DNA from: a phage
Reading direction: 5' to 3' (one strand)
NCBI GenBank assembly: GCA_020619395.1
Contig: GCA_020619395.1_4860.1
DNA length: 64,000 nt
Shown: positions 18,704 to 29,163 of the stretch, piece after piece
Layout: the number at the start of each line of letters is the position of its first letter
How positions within the stretch are numbered: the first letter of the stretch is position 1
Position numbers and translations under genes: made by a program
Notes under the pieces: model-generated
The model's input: the letters and a program-made list of their open reading frames with translations, nothing else
What the model was told of the DNA's origin: nothing
Database searches by the model: none

Positions 18704-20881
18704 TTACGATAACGGTATCGTTGGCCGCACCCACGGTTTAGGGGCAGATTTGGTATACGGATTACATTCCATCATTTTACCGAGATACGCATCGTAATAC
18801 ACGAAGCGATCGACATAGAACCTCTCCACCGGTGTACTACTGGTAGCCGATTTCACCCGGTTGCGTTCCACAGCGAGGCCAATCACCCCGGTAGGCGCGG
18901 GTTTTAGGGTGAACATTACCGCACGGTTGTAACGCCAAGTGTCGTGCACAATATCAAACTCCGATACACTGTGTGCCATGATACCAAACAATGTGGTGGC
19001 TGGTAAGTTGGCTACAGCATCGCCGTATGGTGTTCCCACCAAACCGCCGGGTATGTTTTGCTTTTTGAACAGCGTACCTGAAATAATCGTACCTAAGAAC
19101 TCCACAACTACAGGTTTGGTTGGGTCGGTGACTTTATCTATCCCATCCGCACTGGCCAATCGGTTGGCATCTAAATCTGCGAGGTAGTCGAGGAACTCTT
19201 GGTACTCGTCGGTGACATTCGGTTTCACCGTTCCGACGGATACCCAGTTGACGATACTTTTATTCCCACCGACGGCTTCGCCTGCCATCCCAGGGCGAGT
19301 CCATGACATCCCGTCTTCACGACCGTAGACATAGACCGGCGAGCCGGTAGCCGGGGTGTTCCATTGCTCGAACGCTGTATATCGTCCCGGCTGGCCCCAA
19401 TCGCCACCAGGACCGCCATAGTAGCGACTCTGGTAGCCGGTAAATTGTGCGACGACTAACTGGGTAGCACCGCCTTTGTCACGGGACCCAGCTAAGCCGT
19501 TACGGTTATTGGTGCCGCTGGGTACCGCCGCGCCTGGCCCGAGAGGCGCACCACCAGCTCCACCGATCTTGGTGGTGCTAAACGCATAGTAGTCGCCCCC
19601 ACCCCCACCTCCGGCGATGGTGCCGTAGTTTTCGATGGTGACTTTGCCGCGGAAGGCATCGGTAATGTGGATTGCGTCAGCTCCGTCTGCTGATGTGTTC
19701 GCAGGCAGAGAATAGACCATACCCGAACCACCACGACCAAGAATGGTTCCCCGGTTAACGAAGTTCCAAACCACCTCGCCAATTTGCGGCAATTCGTCGA
19801 TAACGAACGTCGGTTTCAGGTTGCTGTCGCGATAAACGAAAGCCCCCGCATCTACGGTCACGTTAACAAACAAACGCCCGCACGCCGCATGGTTGGTCAA
19901 CGTCGTGGCCCAGTAGCTGTCCGAAACTTGCGACGTAGTTGTGTAGTTCAGGTTAAGGGTTTGCTCGTTATCTTGATAGCGTGCCACATTCAACGTGGCA
20001 CTGCCCATGACTTTGTACGAACCCTCCACAGGTGCCAATTGCACTTGTCTTGGCCACTCGCCTGCCAGGTCCTCTACGGGAGCAATTTCGTTTACATCAA
20101 AAACACTCCGAATGCCGAGTGTCTCGATGGCCAGAGCATCATGCAGGCTACCGGTGAAATCATCCGGGACGTATGTGGTTTTGCCTGCATATGTCTCGAG
20201 TTTGTTACGTGAAAAGAACACATACTTCGTTCCAAACATCCCGCTCCCCGGTCTAGCGGTCAAAGCCACGACGCTGTTATACGCAGAGGTTTGGCCTATA
20301 TCCTCCGGGGACATCGGGGCGCTGACATCGACTTTATCAAGATCCACGATCCGTTTGGTTGCATTAGAGTAGAAGTTAATCCACTGCTGTTTATTCGCAG
20401 CCTTTAGCGTGAGAATGATGTTGGTAACAGTGTAGACGGTGTTGATATCCACGTCACCGTTTATCACATCTAGCGTTTGGCTGCCGTACCAGACAAGACT
20501 TGTCTGTTTCGCCTGGAACGTGATGCGCGCAGCATTGTTTGTCCAAGTGATAGGCAGGTCTTCAAAGTCGTCGGTTAAAAAGGTAATCCCCAGTAAAGTG
20601 TCTAAATGCGGCAACAGTTCGTGAATGGATGCACAAGTGGGAATGGCATCCAACTTAACCTTAGCGAAATAATCAGCAATATTTTGCTTCGTGACTTGGG
20701 CCGTAATTTGACCGTAATTTGAATACCCCGGACCCCCTGTCAGTGTGACGTCTAGGGTTTTTTCGTCACGATGCGCCACGGACACCAGGCGTACGTTAGC
20801 GGGGTCTACTGCTTTGGCGACCGCGTTTTTACGGTTGAGCGACCGAATCACGGTCGCCACTAAATCGGGAGTGTAGGACAT
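18704..20881 (-). CDS. Fibre-module family protein with Gly-rich region (725 aa), candidate receptor-binding protein
   Basis: N-terminal family module (RKNAVAKAVDPANV..YGQITAQV); AGGGGGGDYY..GGAGGAPLGPG Gly-rich block; C-terminal NPYTKSAPKPWVRP shared with 20896-22215. Confidence 0.65.
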   Translation of the reverse strand: MSYTPDLVATVIRSLNRKNAVAKAVDPANVRLVSVAHRDEKTLDVTLTGGPGYSNYGQITAQVTKQNIADYFAKVKLDAIPTCASIHELLPHLDTLLGITFLTDDFEDLPITWTNNAARITFQAKQTSLVWYGSQTLDVINGDVDINTVYTVTNIILTLKAANKQQWINFYSNATKRIVDLDKVDVSAPMSPEDIGQTSAYNSVVALTARPGSGMFGTKYVFFSRNKLETYAGKTTYVPDDFTGSLHDALAIETLGIRSVFDVNEIAPVEDLAGEWPRQVQLAPVEGSYKVMGSATLNVARYQDNEQTLNLNYTTTSQVSDSYWATTLTNHAACGRLFVNVTVDAGAFVYRDSNLKPTFVIDELPQIGEVVWNFVNRGTILGRGGSGMVYSLPANTSADGADAIHITDAFRGKVTIENYGTIAGGGGGGDYYAFSTTKIGGAGGAPLGPGAAVPSGTNNRNGLAGSRDKGGATQLVVAQFTGYQSRYYGGPGGDWGQPGRYTAFEQWNTPATGSPVYVYGREDGMSWTRPGMAGEAVGGNKSIVNWVSVGTVKPNVTDEYQEFLDYLADLDANRLASADGIDKVTDPTKPVVVEFLGTIISGTLFKKQNIPGGLVGTPYGDAVANLPATTLFGIMAHSVSEFDIVHDTWRYNRAVMFTLKPAPTGVIGLAVERNRVKSATSSTPVERFYVDRFVYYDAYLGKMMECNPYTKSAPKPWVRPTIPLS

Positions 20882-20895
20882 GGTGACACCTTAGT

Positions 20896-22215
20896 CTATA
20901 GCGGTGGATACCAAGGGACCGGGGCGGTTTTGCTATATGGACTGTAGACCATATAGCCGCCTTTGCTTGGGTCGTAATAGATGAAATAGTTACAGTAATT
21001 CGAGTAAATGCTCGTCATTTGTTTGGATTGGTATCCGTTACGGTATAGTCCCTGGTAAGTAATAGCTGATGTCGTGGTGGTGTAAGCAGTGTGGTACAGT
21101 ACCCGACGCCGGTTAGCAATACTTTCTTGGAACATTTCTTCGGTCGGAAACGCGTGTTGCATCAGCCGTCGAATACTCCCGGTACAGTATCGAGTGCCAT
21201 ACGGGGAACCCGTTAAATCATCCGCAGTTTCAGGCGATTCTGCCCGAGTCAACACGTACTCGTTTTGATACAACGTGACGCTCATCGAATTTGGGCTGGT
21301 TTCCCGGAAACTCATGTAACGCGCATAACGTTCGACGTCCTCTTCCTGCGCCAAATAGGCCACGTTATTTTTCGGACCAAAGTGCAAGAAGAACGGACGG
21401 CGGAGATTACCCATATCCTCAGGTGGCGTCAACTTCACGCAGTAATTGTACTCCCCACGCATATCAGGGTCTAAGCCTGGGTTGTTATTGCGTGTAGCGA
21501 CATACCCATAGAGGTCATACGGGTTATCAGTAGCAGCATTACCGATAGTGAACGGGATGCCCGACCATGCCGACAGCGCCGCGATGAACTGGGTCATGTA
21601 CGAGTTACTGTTTAGTCGCAGCGGGGTACCCATCGGGATATTGATTATCTGTTGGGTGTACATGCTCCAGTCGAGTCGATAGACCGTGCTGTAAACATCC
21701 ATGGGTTCCCAAGCTCCGGTTTCGGTGGTGTGGTACAAGTCGGCAAAGCTGGGCTCTTCACGAATAAAGCTAATAGGAATGTGACCCGTGAATGCGGGGT
21801 TATCCGATTTAATCGCCACCGTCCGATCGCCCGTTGCCACAGTGATCATTGCAAACTGGCTGTCAGGATACGTTAAATCGTCAGCAGTAAGCACCAGCCC
21901 ACAAGCTGCGGAAATCCGGTCGATGATGTCGCGGTAGGACGTCGCCCGATAAGGTACTTTAACCGGTACGCTGACGCCTTTAAAATACTGCGAAAGGTTT
22001 AAGCGGTCGTAGTAGATGTCCATCTTACCGCTGTAACCGCCACCCTGTAATCCGTTTACCACTATACGGCTGTTGCGGCCATCGCGCAAGGCATTGGTTA
22101 AAGGACCTTGTAATAACGCCACGTTGGTTGCGTTGAGTGGTTTCTTGAGCTGCGGGTTATCACGATTAATCTGATCCCAAACCAGCTGCATGACAGGTTT
22201 GTTATAGTTGATCAT
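20896..22215 (-). CDS. Fibre-module family protein (439 aa)
   Basis: N-terminus MINYNKPVMQLVWDQINRDNPQL..RNSRIVVNG..IYYDRLNLSQYF; C-terminal SPYSKTAPVPWYPPL. Confidence 0.65.
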   Translation of the reverse strand: MINYNKPVMQLVWDQINRDNPQLKKPLNATNVALLQGPLTNALRDGRNSRIVVNGLQGGGYSGKMDIYYDRLNLSQYFKGVSVPVKVPYRATSYRDIIDRISAACGLVLTADDLTYPDSQFAMITVATGDRTVAIKSDNPAFTGHIPISFIREEPSFADLYHTTETGAWEPMDVYSTVYRLDWSMYTQQIINIPMGTPLRLNSNSYMTQFIAALSAWSGIPFTIGNAATDNPYDLYGYVATRNNNPGLDPDMRGEYNYCVKLTPPEDMGNLRRPFFLHFGPKNNVAYLAQEEDVERYARYMSFRETSPNSMSVTLYQNEYVLTRAESPETADDLTGSPYGTRYCTGSIRRLMQHAFPTEEMFQESIANRRRVLYHTAYTTTTSAITYQGLYRNGYQSKQMTSIYSNYCNYFIYYDPSKGGYMVYSPYSKTAPVPWYPPL

Positions 22216-22225
22216 TGCAACGTCC

Positions 22226-22262
22226 TAAAAAAAGAAAATAGGCCCTTCAGGGCCTATTTTTA
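22226..22262. terminator. Bidirectional terminator
   Basis: TAGGCCC-TTCA-GGGCCTA hairpin flanked by A-run and TTTTT. Confidence 0.6.
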
Positions 22263-22289
22263 GCTGTTATGGTGAAGTACGCTATCCCT

Positions 22290-22382
22290 TTAACTCCAGC
22301 TGATTCGACCTGCGTGTTGGGGATTATCCCGCTGAATGAGCCGACACAACAGCTCAAGTGCAGTGGATGAGTAAAACCCCAT
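22290..22382 (-). pseudogene. 30-codon remnant of a C-type fibre-module gene
   Basis: Translates to MGFYSSTALELLCRLIQRDNPQHAGRISWS*, matching the N-termini of the C genes (MGLYSAPELELLCQQVVRDNPELAGRIS..). AGGAG RBS retained; stop after codon 30. Confidence 0.6.
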
Positions 22383-22393
22383 ATTAGCTCCTG

Positions 22394-23296
22394 TTAGCTA
22401 AGAACCAGTTCGATAACGTGGACTACCGACGCGCTATTGGTCGAAGAGGTGTACGATGGTGTGTCTGGTGAGTTGCTGCGATAGTACCAGGGGGTGGCGT
22501 TGTCATAACCGTTGGCAAACAATGTTGCGCTTGAATCGGTTGGACTACCGCCGGAGCGCGCCGGTAAGTCGCCAAAACGTCTTACGACGCCCGCGTAGCG
22601 GAACAAGCTTGCGAACGTGTTGTGCCACTCGCCATCTTGAAAATAACCACCGCTGCTTAGGTAGGTGCTGTGCCCATAACTGTAGTCTCCGAGTCGAGGC
22701 AAACGTACCACATACTCGTAACCGTCTTTATTAAATGTCCGACGCTGGTTAGTGGTAGCGACGCCCCGTGGCGGGAAACCGTAGTCATCTGTTCCCCAGG
22801 CCAGACCTTGCTGGTATTGTTCGTTCCACGTCGTCCCTAAACGGGTCACCGTGTCAGGAATGAACAGAATGCGTCCTTTGAAAACGAATTTATGGAACAA
22901 TGTTGGAGCTTGGTTCCAGGCATTAAAGCCAATTAAACCATTCAGCTCGGCATGGTTAAGAATAAATTCTTCGTTTGTCAGTGTGCCAAAGTAGCCACGA
23001 TGCCAATCGCCACGAATAAGTTCCTGTGGGCCGGGCCCTGTCATTGGAAAGTCGCCCTGTACAATCGGCAGCCCCATAACCTTTTCAGTGCCCTTTACCG
23101 CCACGATGCGATATTGATACGTTTTATACGCCTCGGTGGTCGTGTCCTCGTACGTCGTTGTGTTACCTGGTAGTGTTACAATAGGTTCCCCCGGTGCTAC
23201 TGGGTTAACACTTTGTCTGGGGTTGTCGTAACGATAGATTTCAATGGAATCTAAAGTCTGACCTGGCTGTTGTTTCCAGTTTAAGATAATCGACAT
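22394..23296 (-). CDS. Fibre-module paralog type A, triad 3 (300 aa)
   Basis: FN3-like N-terminus (TTYEDTTTEAYKTYQYRIVAV) and central GPGPQELIRGDWHRGYFG..ELF..HKFVFKGRILF domain. Confidence 0.7.
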   Translation of the reverse strand: MSIILNWKQQPGQTLDSIEIYRYDNPRQSVNPVAPGEPIVTLPGNTTTYEDTTTEAYKTYQYRIVAVKGTEKVMGLPIVQGDFPMTGPGPQELIRGDWHRGYFGTLTNEEFILNHAELNGLIGFNAWNQAPTLFHKFVFKGRILFIPDTVTRLGTTWNEQYQQGLAWGTDDYGFPPRGVATTNQRRTFNKDGYEYVVRLPRLGDYSYGHSTYLSSGGYFQDGEWHNTFASLFRYAGVVRRFGDLPARSGGSPTDSSATLFANGYDNATPWYYRSNSPDTPSYTSSTNSASVVHVIELVLS

Positions 23297-23299
23297 GTT

Positions 23300-24298
23300 T
23301 TACTCCACTAACTCGATAACGAATGCGTACAAACCGACCTTCTCAGCACTGTCAATTAACGTAACTTGGGAGAGGTTACGTTTCGACGTATTGGTTATGC
23401 TTGAATCGATAGGCGCAGACCCGCGAACCAGAACTAATCCCGATTCAGGATCACGTTCTTGGCACAAGAAACCTTTGCCTTGGTAAGCGCTACCGCTCCC
23501 ATAAATGGACGCTGGACTAATATTAGTCCAGTTAGGGAGCATTTGTTTGTTAGGGATACAATCTCCGAACGGATAAACAAAATCGTTATATTCGCAGCGA
23601 CCATATTCCAAGTCATCATGGTCTGCGTTTCGCAACGATTCATCCAATGTCATTACTGTCGGTTCGTCCCCGTCGGTTAAACCGCGCAGCAATCGCATCC
23701 GATAGGTGTCGCCTTGCCATTCAAACAACCCACTCTGGTCAACACCTGCCAAATCCCCACGTCCGTTATCAGGACCAAATCCATCAACACCGTACACAAG
23801 CCCCGCGTTATAAATGTCATTCCACGAGTAAAGTGTAGAGTTAAATCGTCCGCCGCTGTTCATCATGTAGTAAACTTTACCATGTCGATAAAACTTGTTC
23901 ATGATTAGCGTGCCCGTGCCCGATATCCCTGTTAATGCACGAAAGCCTGCAGGCAACGCGTCATAGGTCATCTGTTCTTCGAACGGCAACTGCCCCAGAA
24001 ACGCCAAGTCGTCAGTATCGGAATAGTTAATCTGGTCGACGCCACCCACACCACGACGGTTTTTAATGACAATGGATTTTTGTGGACTACCTACGGTACG
24101 GCCGTTAACAGTTACTGTTAAAAGATACCAGTAACGGGTGTTAAGAATAACGGTTTCGTCCGTCCATTCCGTTTCGCCATTACTTAAAGTTGCAATAGGG
24201 GCTGGTAATGCGGCTGTATTTATTTTAGCCGTGCCCCGATAAATGTTAACAATTGAACCTGCCGGATTTTCATTTTTCCAGCGTAGTGTGAATGCCAT
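23300..24298 (-). CDS. Fibre-module paralog type B, triad 3 (332 aa)
   Basis: MAFTLRWKNENPAGSIVNIYRG.. N-terminus; AAGGAG RBS; 3-nt gap to A gene. Confidence 0.7.
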   Translation of the reverse strand: MAFTLRWKNENPAGSIVNIYRGTAKINTAALPAPIATLSNGETEWTDETVILNTRYWYLLTVTVNGRTVGSPQKSIVIKNRRGVGGVDQINYSDTDDLAFLGQLPFEEQMTYDALPAGFRALTGISGTGTLIMNKFYRHGKVYYMMNSGGRFNSTLYSWNDIYNAGLVYGVDGFGPDNGRGDLAGVDQSGLFEWQGDTYRMRLLRGLTDGDEPTVMTLDESLRNADHDDLEYGRCEYNDFVYPFGDCIPNKQMLPNWTNISPASIYGSGSAYQGKGFLCQERDPESGLVLVRGSAPIDSSITNTSKRNLSQVTLIDSAEKVGLYAFVIELVE

Positions 24299-24308
24299 CT
24301 GTTACTCC

Positions 24309-25751
24309 TTAGAAGCCGTTCAACTCACCGTTCGCGGTTGCTAAATCTGTTTTAAGTGGAGGTTCTGCCTGAGTAGGCGGTAGTGGACGCGGTGCGTCGA
24401 CGTGTGGTTCAAGTACAACCATCGGCCTAACTGTACCTACGCTGTTCGACACTGTCGATAACGGCAGCGCAGTATCGACGTTTGGTTCACCCACCACAAT
24501 CGGGCTGATAGGTTCTTCCACCTGTTCCGCAGTTGTTGCTAGAGGTCTCGGCGCATCTGTTGTCGCAACCTCGACTGCAAGAGGGCGAATGCTATCAGGT
24601 TGTGGTGATGGTACATTAGGAATAACCCTAACGCGCCACACAACATCCCCTTCCACATCAGCTAAAGATAAGACGATGTCGTCCTTATTGATTTCCTCTA
24701 AAACAGGCCACCAGTAAGTGGTATCTGTAAGGGTTACCCATTCAACTGAGCCACCGCGCATATTGCAACGTTGTACTTTAACAGGGTTACCCCCGGTTAA
24801 CAGTTGTTGCGTGAAGAAGACGGTGGTTCTGGTTAACGTGGTGTCATTTGCCCAGTCGCCGCCCGTAGAACCGTCACCGAGTTGTGAAATAAGCCACAAC
24901 GGTGTGGCCTTTGATAAATCAGGGCTAACCGGAACGGAGACGCGGTAATAATGCGTCTTGTTATTCTCAGTTTTCGTGACAATCAAAGCCTGGTCAACAG
25001 GTTCGATACCGTCTGGATACGGACCAGTGTCACCTGTACCGAAAATGGCACCCGCTTGATAAAGGGCCGTCCAGGTTGCTGTTAACGTTCCGGTAGTCGG
25101 TAGATAAACAATCTTACCATCCTTGAAAAATTTCAACCATTCGAAAGTCATTTTCGTTGGGGCAACATCAGGACGAATTAGGTTGTTTAGTTCAGCAAAG
25201 GTAAATAACTCTTGCTGAGAAACGTGGCCGAAGTATCCGTTTGTGCTGTCCCCTGCCAACAAATATTTATTGCCTGGCCCAGAATCTGGATAGTAGCCCA
25301 CGGCTTCATTCAAATAATCGACCGGGATATAGCCGCGATAGCATACGCTATTATACGCGGTTAAATTAATACGTGTTGGCGTTGCCAGCGATTTGATAGG
25401 CGCGTCTACCGACTGTACACTGCTATCAGATAACCAAACACCGTATAAATCGCGTAGAGCTGGGAGAAGATCCCGCACGGTCTTGGCCGTTTGTGGTACG
25501 TAGACGCGCGGAGCTATTTTAAATAGATCTGATAATGTTAAACGGTCGTAATAAACCGTGCACTCCCCAGAGAAACCTTTACCGGGTTTACCTACCAACG
25601 TAATTACCGTGTTACGACCATTCTTAGTGGTCTCGGCAGGAATACCCCTCACCCCAATCGAATCAGCGCTGATTCTTCCTGCGAGTTCAGGGTTATCCCT
25701 TACGACTTGTTGGCAGAGCAATTCCAGTTCGGGTGCGCTATACAATCCCAT
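24309..25751 (-). CDS. Fibre-module paralog type C, triad 3 (480 aa)
   Basis: N-terminal family module (VRDNPELAG..GRNTVITLVGKPGKGF..VYYDRLTLSDLF), central GPG..GYFG..ELF domain, DAPRPL repeats, C-terminal TANGELNGF. Confidence 0.7.
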   Translation of the reverse strand: MGLYSAPELELLCQQVVRDNPELAGRISADSIGVRGIPAETTKNGRNTVITLVGKPGKGFSGECTVYYDRLTLSDLFKIAPRVYVPQTAKTVRDLLPALRDLYGVWLSDSSVQSVDAPIKSLATPTRINLTAYNSVCYRGYIPVDYLNEAVGYYPDSGPGNKYLLAGDSTNGYFGHVSQQELFTFAELNNLIRPDVAPTKMTFEWLKFFKDGKIVYLPTTGTLTATWTALYQAGAIFGTGDTGPYPDGIEPVDQALIVTKTENNKTHYYRVSVPVSPDLSKATPLWLISQLGDGSTGGDWANDTTLTRTTVFFTQQLLTGGNPVKVQRCNMRGGSVEWVTLTDTTYWWPVLEEINKDDIVLSLADVEGDVVWRVRVIPNVPSPQPDSIRPLAVEVATTDAPRPLATTAEQVEEPISPIVVGEPNVDTALPLSTVSNSVGTVRPMVVLEPHVDAPRPLPPTQAEPPLKTDLATANGELNGF

Positions 25752-25762
25752 GAAGTCTCCTG

Positions 25763-26662
25763 TTAAGGCAGAACGAGTTCAAGTACCGCAATGGAGCGTA
25801 TTGTAGTGGTACCGTAGTTACTCCATGCCGGCGACTCAGGGTAAGGTGGACGGTTGTACCACTGACTGGACGTGTTATTCATAGCCGCAAAGAATGCAGA
25901 TTGTTGGGCAGTAACCGAATCGATTGAACCGACCGGAAGGTCGTCAAAGCGCGGAAACTGCCCACTGTAGTTGTACAGGCGCGCGAAGGTGTTAAACCAC
26001 TCACCGTCGAGATACAACTCAGTGTTACCGCTTCCAACGTAAGACGTCCAGTATTTGTAGTCGAACAAATACGGCAAGCGCACCACGTATTCGTAACCGT
26101 TCTTCGCCACCGTGCGGCGTTGGTTACGTGCAGTAGCCCAGCCCGGTACATATCCATTGCCATCCTGGCCGTACATCATCCCCTGGTTATAAATGAACTG
26201 CGGGCTAGCGTTTATTATCGAGTTATCGGACATAAACAGAATACGGTTTTTGTAAATGAATTTATGCCAGGCACCAACGGCGGAACTGAACATATTCACC
26301 ACGAGGCCGTTCAGTTCCGTGTTAGTGAATAACTCTGCTGGCGTTACTGTTCCAAAGTATCCAGCGTGCCAGTCGCCGTATAACAGTTTCTGGGGGCCAG
26401 GCCCGGTGTCTAAAAAGAACCCTTGGGCGGTAGGGGTGTTGAAGACACGCTCACCGTCTTTAACCGCAGCTATCCAATAACGGTAAGTGGTGTTGTTTTC
26501 CACAGCGTTGTCTTCGTACGATGTAGCGTCACCCGGAAGGGTTGCCAGAGGCGTTCCCGGTGCATTAACATCAATTGTGGCGTTGCCCGGCGTCTTGCGA
26601 TAGATTTCGATGTTATCGAGCGCCTGTGGCTTCCGTTGTGCAAAGTGTAATGTAATAGGCAT
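25763..26662 (-). CDS. Fibre-module paralog type A, triad 2 (299 aa)
   Basis: Start set to ATG 26662 (MPITLHF..), 2 nt after upstream stop; tracked 26698 start overlaps. About 60% identity to the other A copies in the central domain. Confidence 0.7.
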   Translation of the reverse strand: MPITLHFAQRKPQALDNIEIYRKTPGNATIDVNAPGTPLATLPGDATSYEDNAVENNTTYRYWIAAVKDGERVFNTPTAQGFFLDTGPGPQKLLYGDWHAGYFGTVTPAELFTNTELNGLVVNMFSSAVGAWHKFIYKNRILFMSDNSIINASPQFIYNQGMMYGQDGNGYVPGWATARNQRRTVAKNGYEYVVRLPYLFDYKYWTSYVGSGNTELYLDGEWFNTFARLYNYSGQFPRFDDLPVGSIDSVTAQQSAFFAAMNNTSSQWYNRPPYPESPAWSNYGTTTIRSIAVLELVLP

Positions 26663-26664
26663 GA

Positions 26665-27654
26665 TTAATCCTCGATAAGCTCGATTACTGGAATCCAAAT
26701 ACCGCCCACGGTCGCACCAGGGACATGTTGTATACGCTGGAGGTTATCCACGGTATCAGTGGAATCCGCCGCCGCCAATCCGCGCGTCAGCCCCAACTTA
26801 CGTTCTGGGTCAAACTCCTGACAATGCGCCCCACGGCCTGCCACCAGCGATCCATTTCCGAATATGCTGGAGTTCGACCACTTTATCAGGGACATCACTT
26901 TTTTCTTTTCTGGGAACCAGCTACTTATCCCATAGATGAGTCGGTTGTATTCGCTATCGGCAGTATACGGTGACGCGTCATGGAGTTTACCGTCCCACTG
27001 TGCATCGAGTGTCATGACCGGGCTTTCACTGTCGAGTGTTAAACCGCGCAGCAGGCGCATCCGATAGCGGTCACCCAACCACGTAAACTCCCCAGCCTGG
27101 TCAACGTCAGGTAAATCGCCATGACCGCCTTCCGGACCAGGTCCCGCCACACCGTACAGCAAACCCGCGTTATAAATCGCATCACGGCTATACAGCGTGT
27201 TGCCGTTCACACGAAGACCACTAAACAGATACAGAATTTTACCGTCTAGCTGGAACTTCATCAAGCCCGGCTTAACAGTTGGGTCGTATCCAGAAAGGGC
27301 CACAAACCCTGGCGGATAATCACCCGCGCTAGGTAATTCACCGTACGCCACGTACCCGTAATACGCAAAGCGGTCATCACCGTACTGTGGAGCCACGATG
27401 CCGATACCGCGACGGTTCTGAATTAGAATTGATTTCTGCGGACTGAACAGTGTCCGACTTCCCACTGTCACGGTGGTCATGTAGTAATACGTTGTCCCCA
27501 GTATCGCTGTTCGGTCAGTATACTCAGTTTCCCCGTTAGTGAACGTTGCCAGGGGTTCAGGTAATGCCGTACGCACCAGAGGTTTGGTGTCGCGGTACAG
27601 CTTCACGGTCGAAGCCCCAGGGTTATTGTTCGTCCAACGAATTGTAAAAGCCAT
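26665..27654 (-). CDS. Fibre-module paralog type B, triad 2 (329 aa)
   Basis: MAFTIRWTNNNPGASTVKLYRD.. homologous to the other B copies. Confidence 0.7.
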   Translation of the reverse strand: MAFTIRWTNNNPGASTVKLYRDTKPLVRTALPEPLATFTNGETEYTDRTAILGTTYYYMTTVTVGSRTLFSPQKSILIQNRRGIGIVAPQYGDDRFAYYGYVAYGELPSAGDYPPGFVALSGYDPTVKPGLMKFQLDGKILYLFSGLRVNGNTLYSRDAIYNAGLLYGVAGPGPEGGHGDLPDVDQAGEFTWLGDRYRMRLLRGLTLDSESPVMTLDAQWDGKLHDASPYTADSEYNRLIYGISSWFPEKKKVMSLIKWSNSSIFGNGSLVAGRGAHCQEFDPERKLGLTRGLAAADSTDTVDNLQRIQHVPGATVGGIWIPVIELIED

Positions 27655-27666
27655 TGTCGTTACCTC

Positions 27667-29163
27667 TTATTGGAATCCATCCAACTCACCGTTAGTATCG
27701 CCCAGAGTAATTTTTGAAGGTTGGGCGATTTGGTCAGTCGTGAGAATAATCGGTCTAATCTTAACGCTAGCCATGCCTGTTACCGCGACGGAATATGCAC
27801 GTTCATCATTGTCCGTCGTGGCAAGCAGAGGACGTGGTGAGTCTGATGACGCTTCCCGCAGCCAGGCAGGGGTGGCAGTTTCGGTGTTGTCGGTGTTGAA
27901 AACTAACGGACGTGGATTCGCTGCGGCGGAGGTTTCCGTAATAGGCACCACACGAAGCGATTCATTTTGGTCGATGTCCGTCAGAGTAACCACGGACGGT
28001 GCCCATGTTAGCTCTGCACCTTCGTCAATCAACGGCACAGGTTCATTGGCAACATCAAACATCTCCAGGATTGGCCAAAAGCCAGAAGAGGTGTAGATGT
28101 AGGTGTTTGAACGATAGCTCGCGCTGATAGACTGGTAATACGCTTGGTCGGCACCGAACTGGTGTCGTAACCACACGTAATCCAGGAAGTTAGCATCAGT
28201 CGTGCTAAGAGTTCCCCACTCCCCATATACGTTCACCGACCCCAATTTGCTGGTCAGTGACAGGATAGAGGTGATTGACGGCGGTTTACTCCAATCAGGC
28301 GCGGCGGCGTTCTCGGTGTAATACGGGATAGACATTCTGAAATAATGCGTTCCTTCATCATCCCGTTTTACCATGTATTTCAACTGTTCAACATCGACAG
28401 GTGTGTAAGTCGACTTCGGGCGAGGTCCTGCGTCTCCGGAATCAAATATTGCACCCTTGTTGTACAGGTCTGCCCAGGTAACGTTGCAAATCGCACGGGT
28501 CGGAACAAACACTACCGCCCCATTCAGAAAGAATTTGAGCCACTTGATAGCGTAGCGGTTAGGCCAGTTGGTGCCGTTATAAAGGGCATACACCATTTCA
28601 TCAGATGTGAATAACTCTTCCGCGCTTACCAGCCCAAAGAATCCGTATAACTCATTACCAGCCATTAATCCTTTTGGCCCAGGACCCGACTTCGGATACA
28701 TCGCAATCGGTTCGTAAACATAGGTCATCTTGCATGACCCGGTATAGCACAAGGAGTTAGCGTGCGCCGTCAGAGTTACAGTTTCCGGCGTAGCGTATTT
28801 CATTAATGCAACGTTTGGACTGGTGATATCACTCGCGGTTAAGTTCAACCCGTTCAATTCATTGAACGCCGGTAACGCTTCCGCATGGGTTTGTGCGCTA
28901 CGTGGAATACTCACCATATTCGGGCCAGACTTAAATAGACTGGCCAGATTCAACCGGTCGTAATATACCGTTATTTCCCCAGCAAATCCTTTACCGGGTT
29001 TTCCTACCAACGTAATCTGAGTGTTTCGTCCGTTAACGTTTTTCGCAACAGGAACACCCCTGACCCCAATGGAGTCAGGGGTGATTTTTCCTGCTAAACC
29101 GGGATTGTCACGCACAATTTGTTGGCAGAGCAGTTCCATTGAAGGTTCTGTATACAACCCCAT
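27667..29163 (-). CDS. Fibre-module paralog type C, triad 2 (498 aa)
   Basis: N-terminus about 75% identical to the triad-3 C copy; NPRPL/SPRPL repeats; C-terminal TNGELDGFQ. Confidence 0.7.
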   Translation of the reverse strand: MGLYTEPSMELLCQQIVRDNPGLAGKITPDSIGVRGVPVAKNVNGRNTQITLVGKPGKGFAGEITVYYDRLNLASLFKSGPNMVSIPRSAQTHAEALPAFNELNGLNLTASDITSPNVALMKYATPETVTLTAHANSLCYTGSCKMTYVYEPIAMYPKSGPGPKGLMAGNELYGFFGLVSAEELFTSDEMVYALYNGTNWPNRYAIKWLKFFLNGAVVFVPTRAICNVTWADLYNKGAIFDSGDAGPRPKSTYTPVDVEQLKYMVKRDDEGTHYFRMSIPYYTENAAAPDWSKPPSITSILSLTSKLGSVNVYGEWGTLSTTDANFLDYVWLRHQFGADQAYYQSISASYRSNTYIYTSSGFWPILEMFDVANEPVPLIDEGAELTWAPSVVTLTDIDQNESLRVVPITETSAAANPRPLVFNTDNTETATPAWLREASSDSPRPLLATTDNDERAYSVAVTGMASVKIRPIILTTDQIAQPSKITLGDTNGELDGFQ

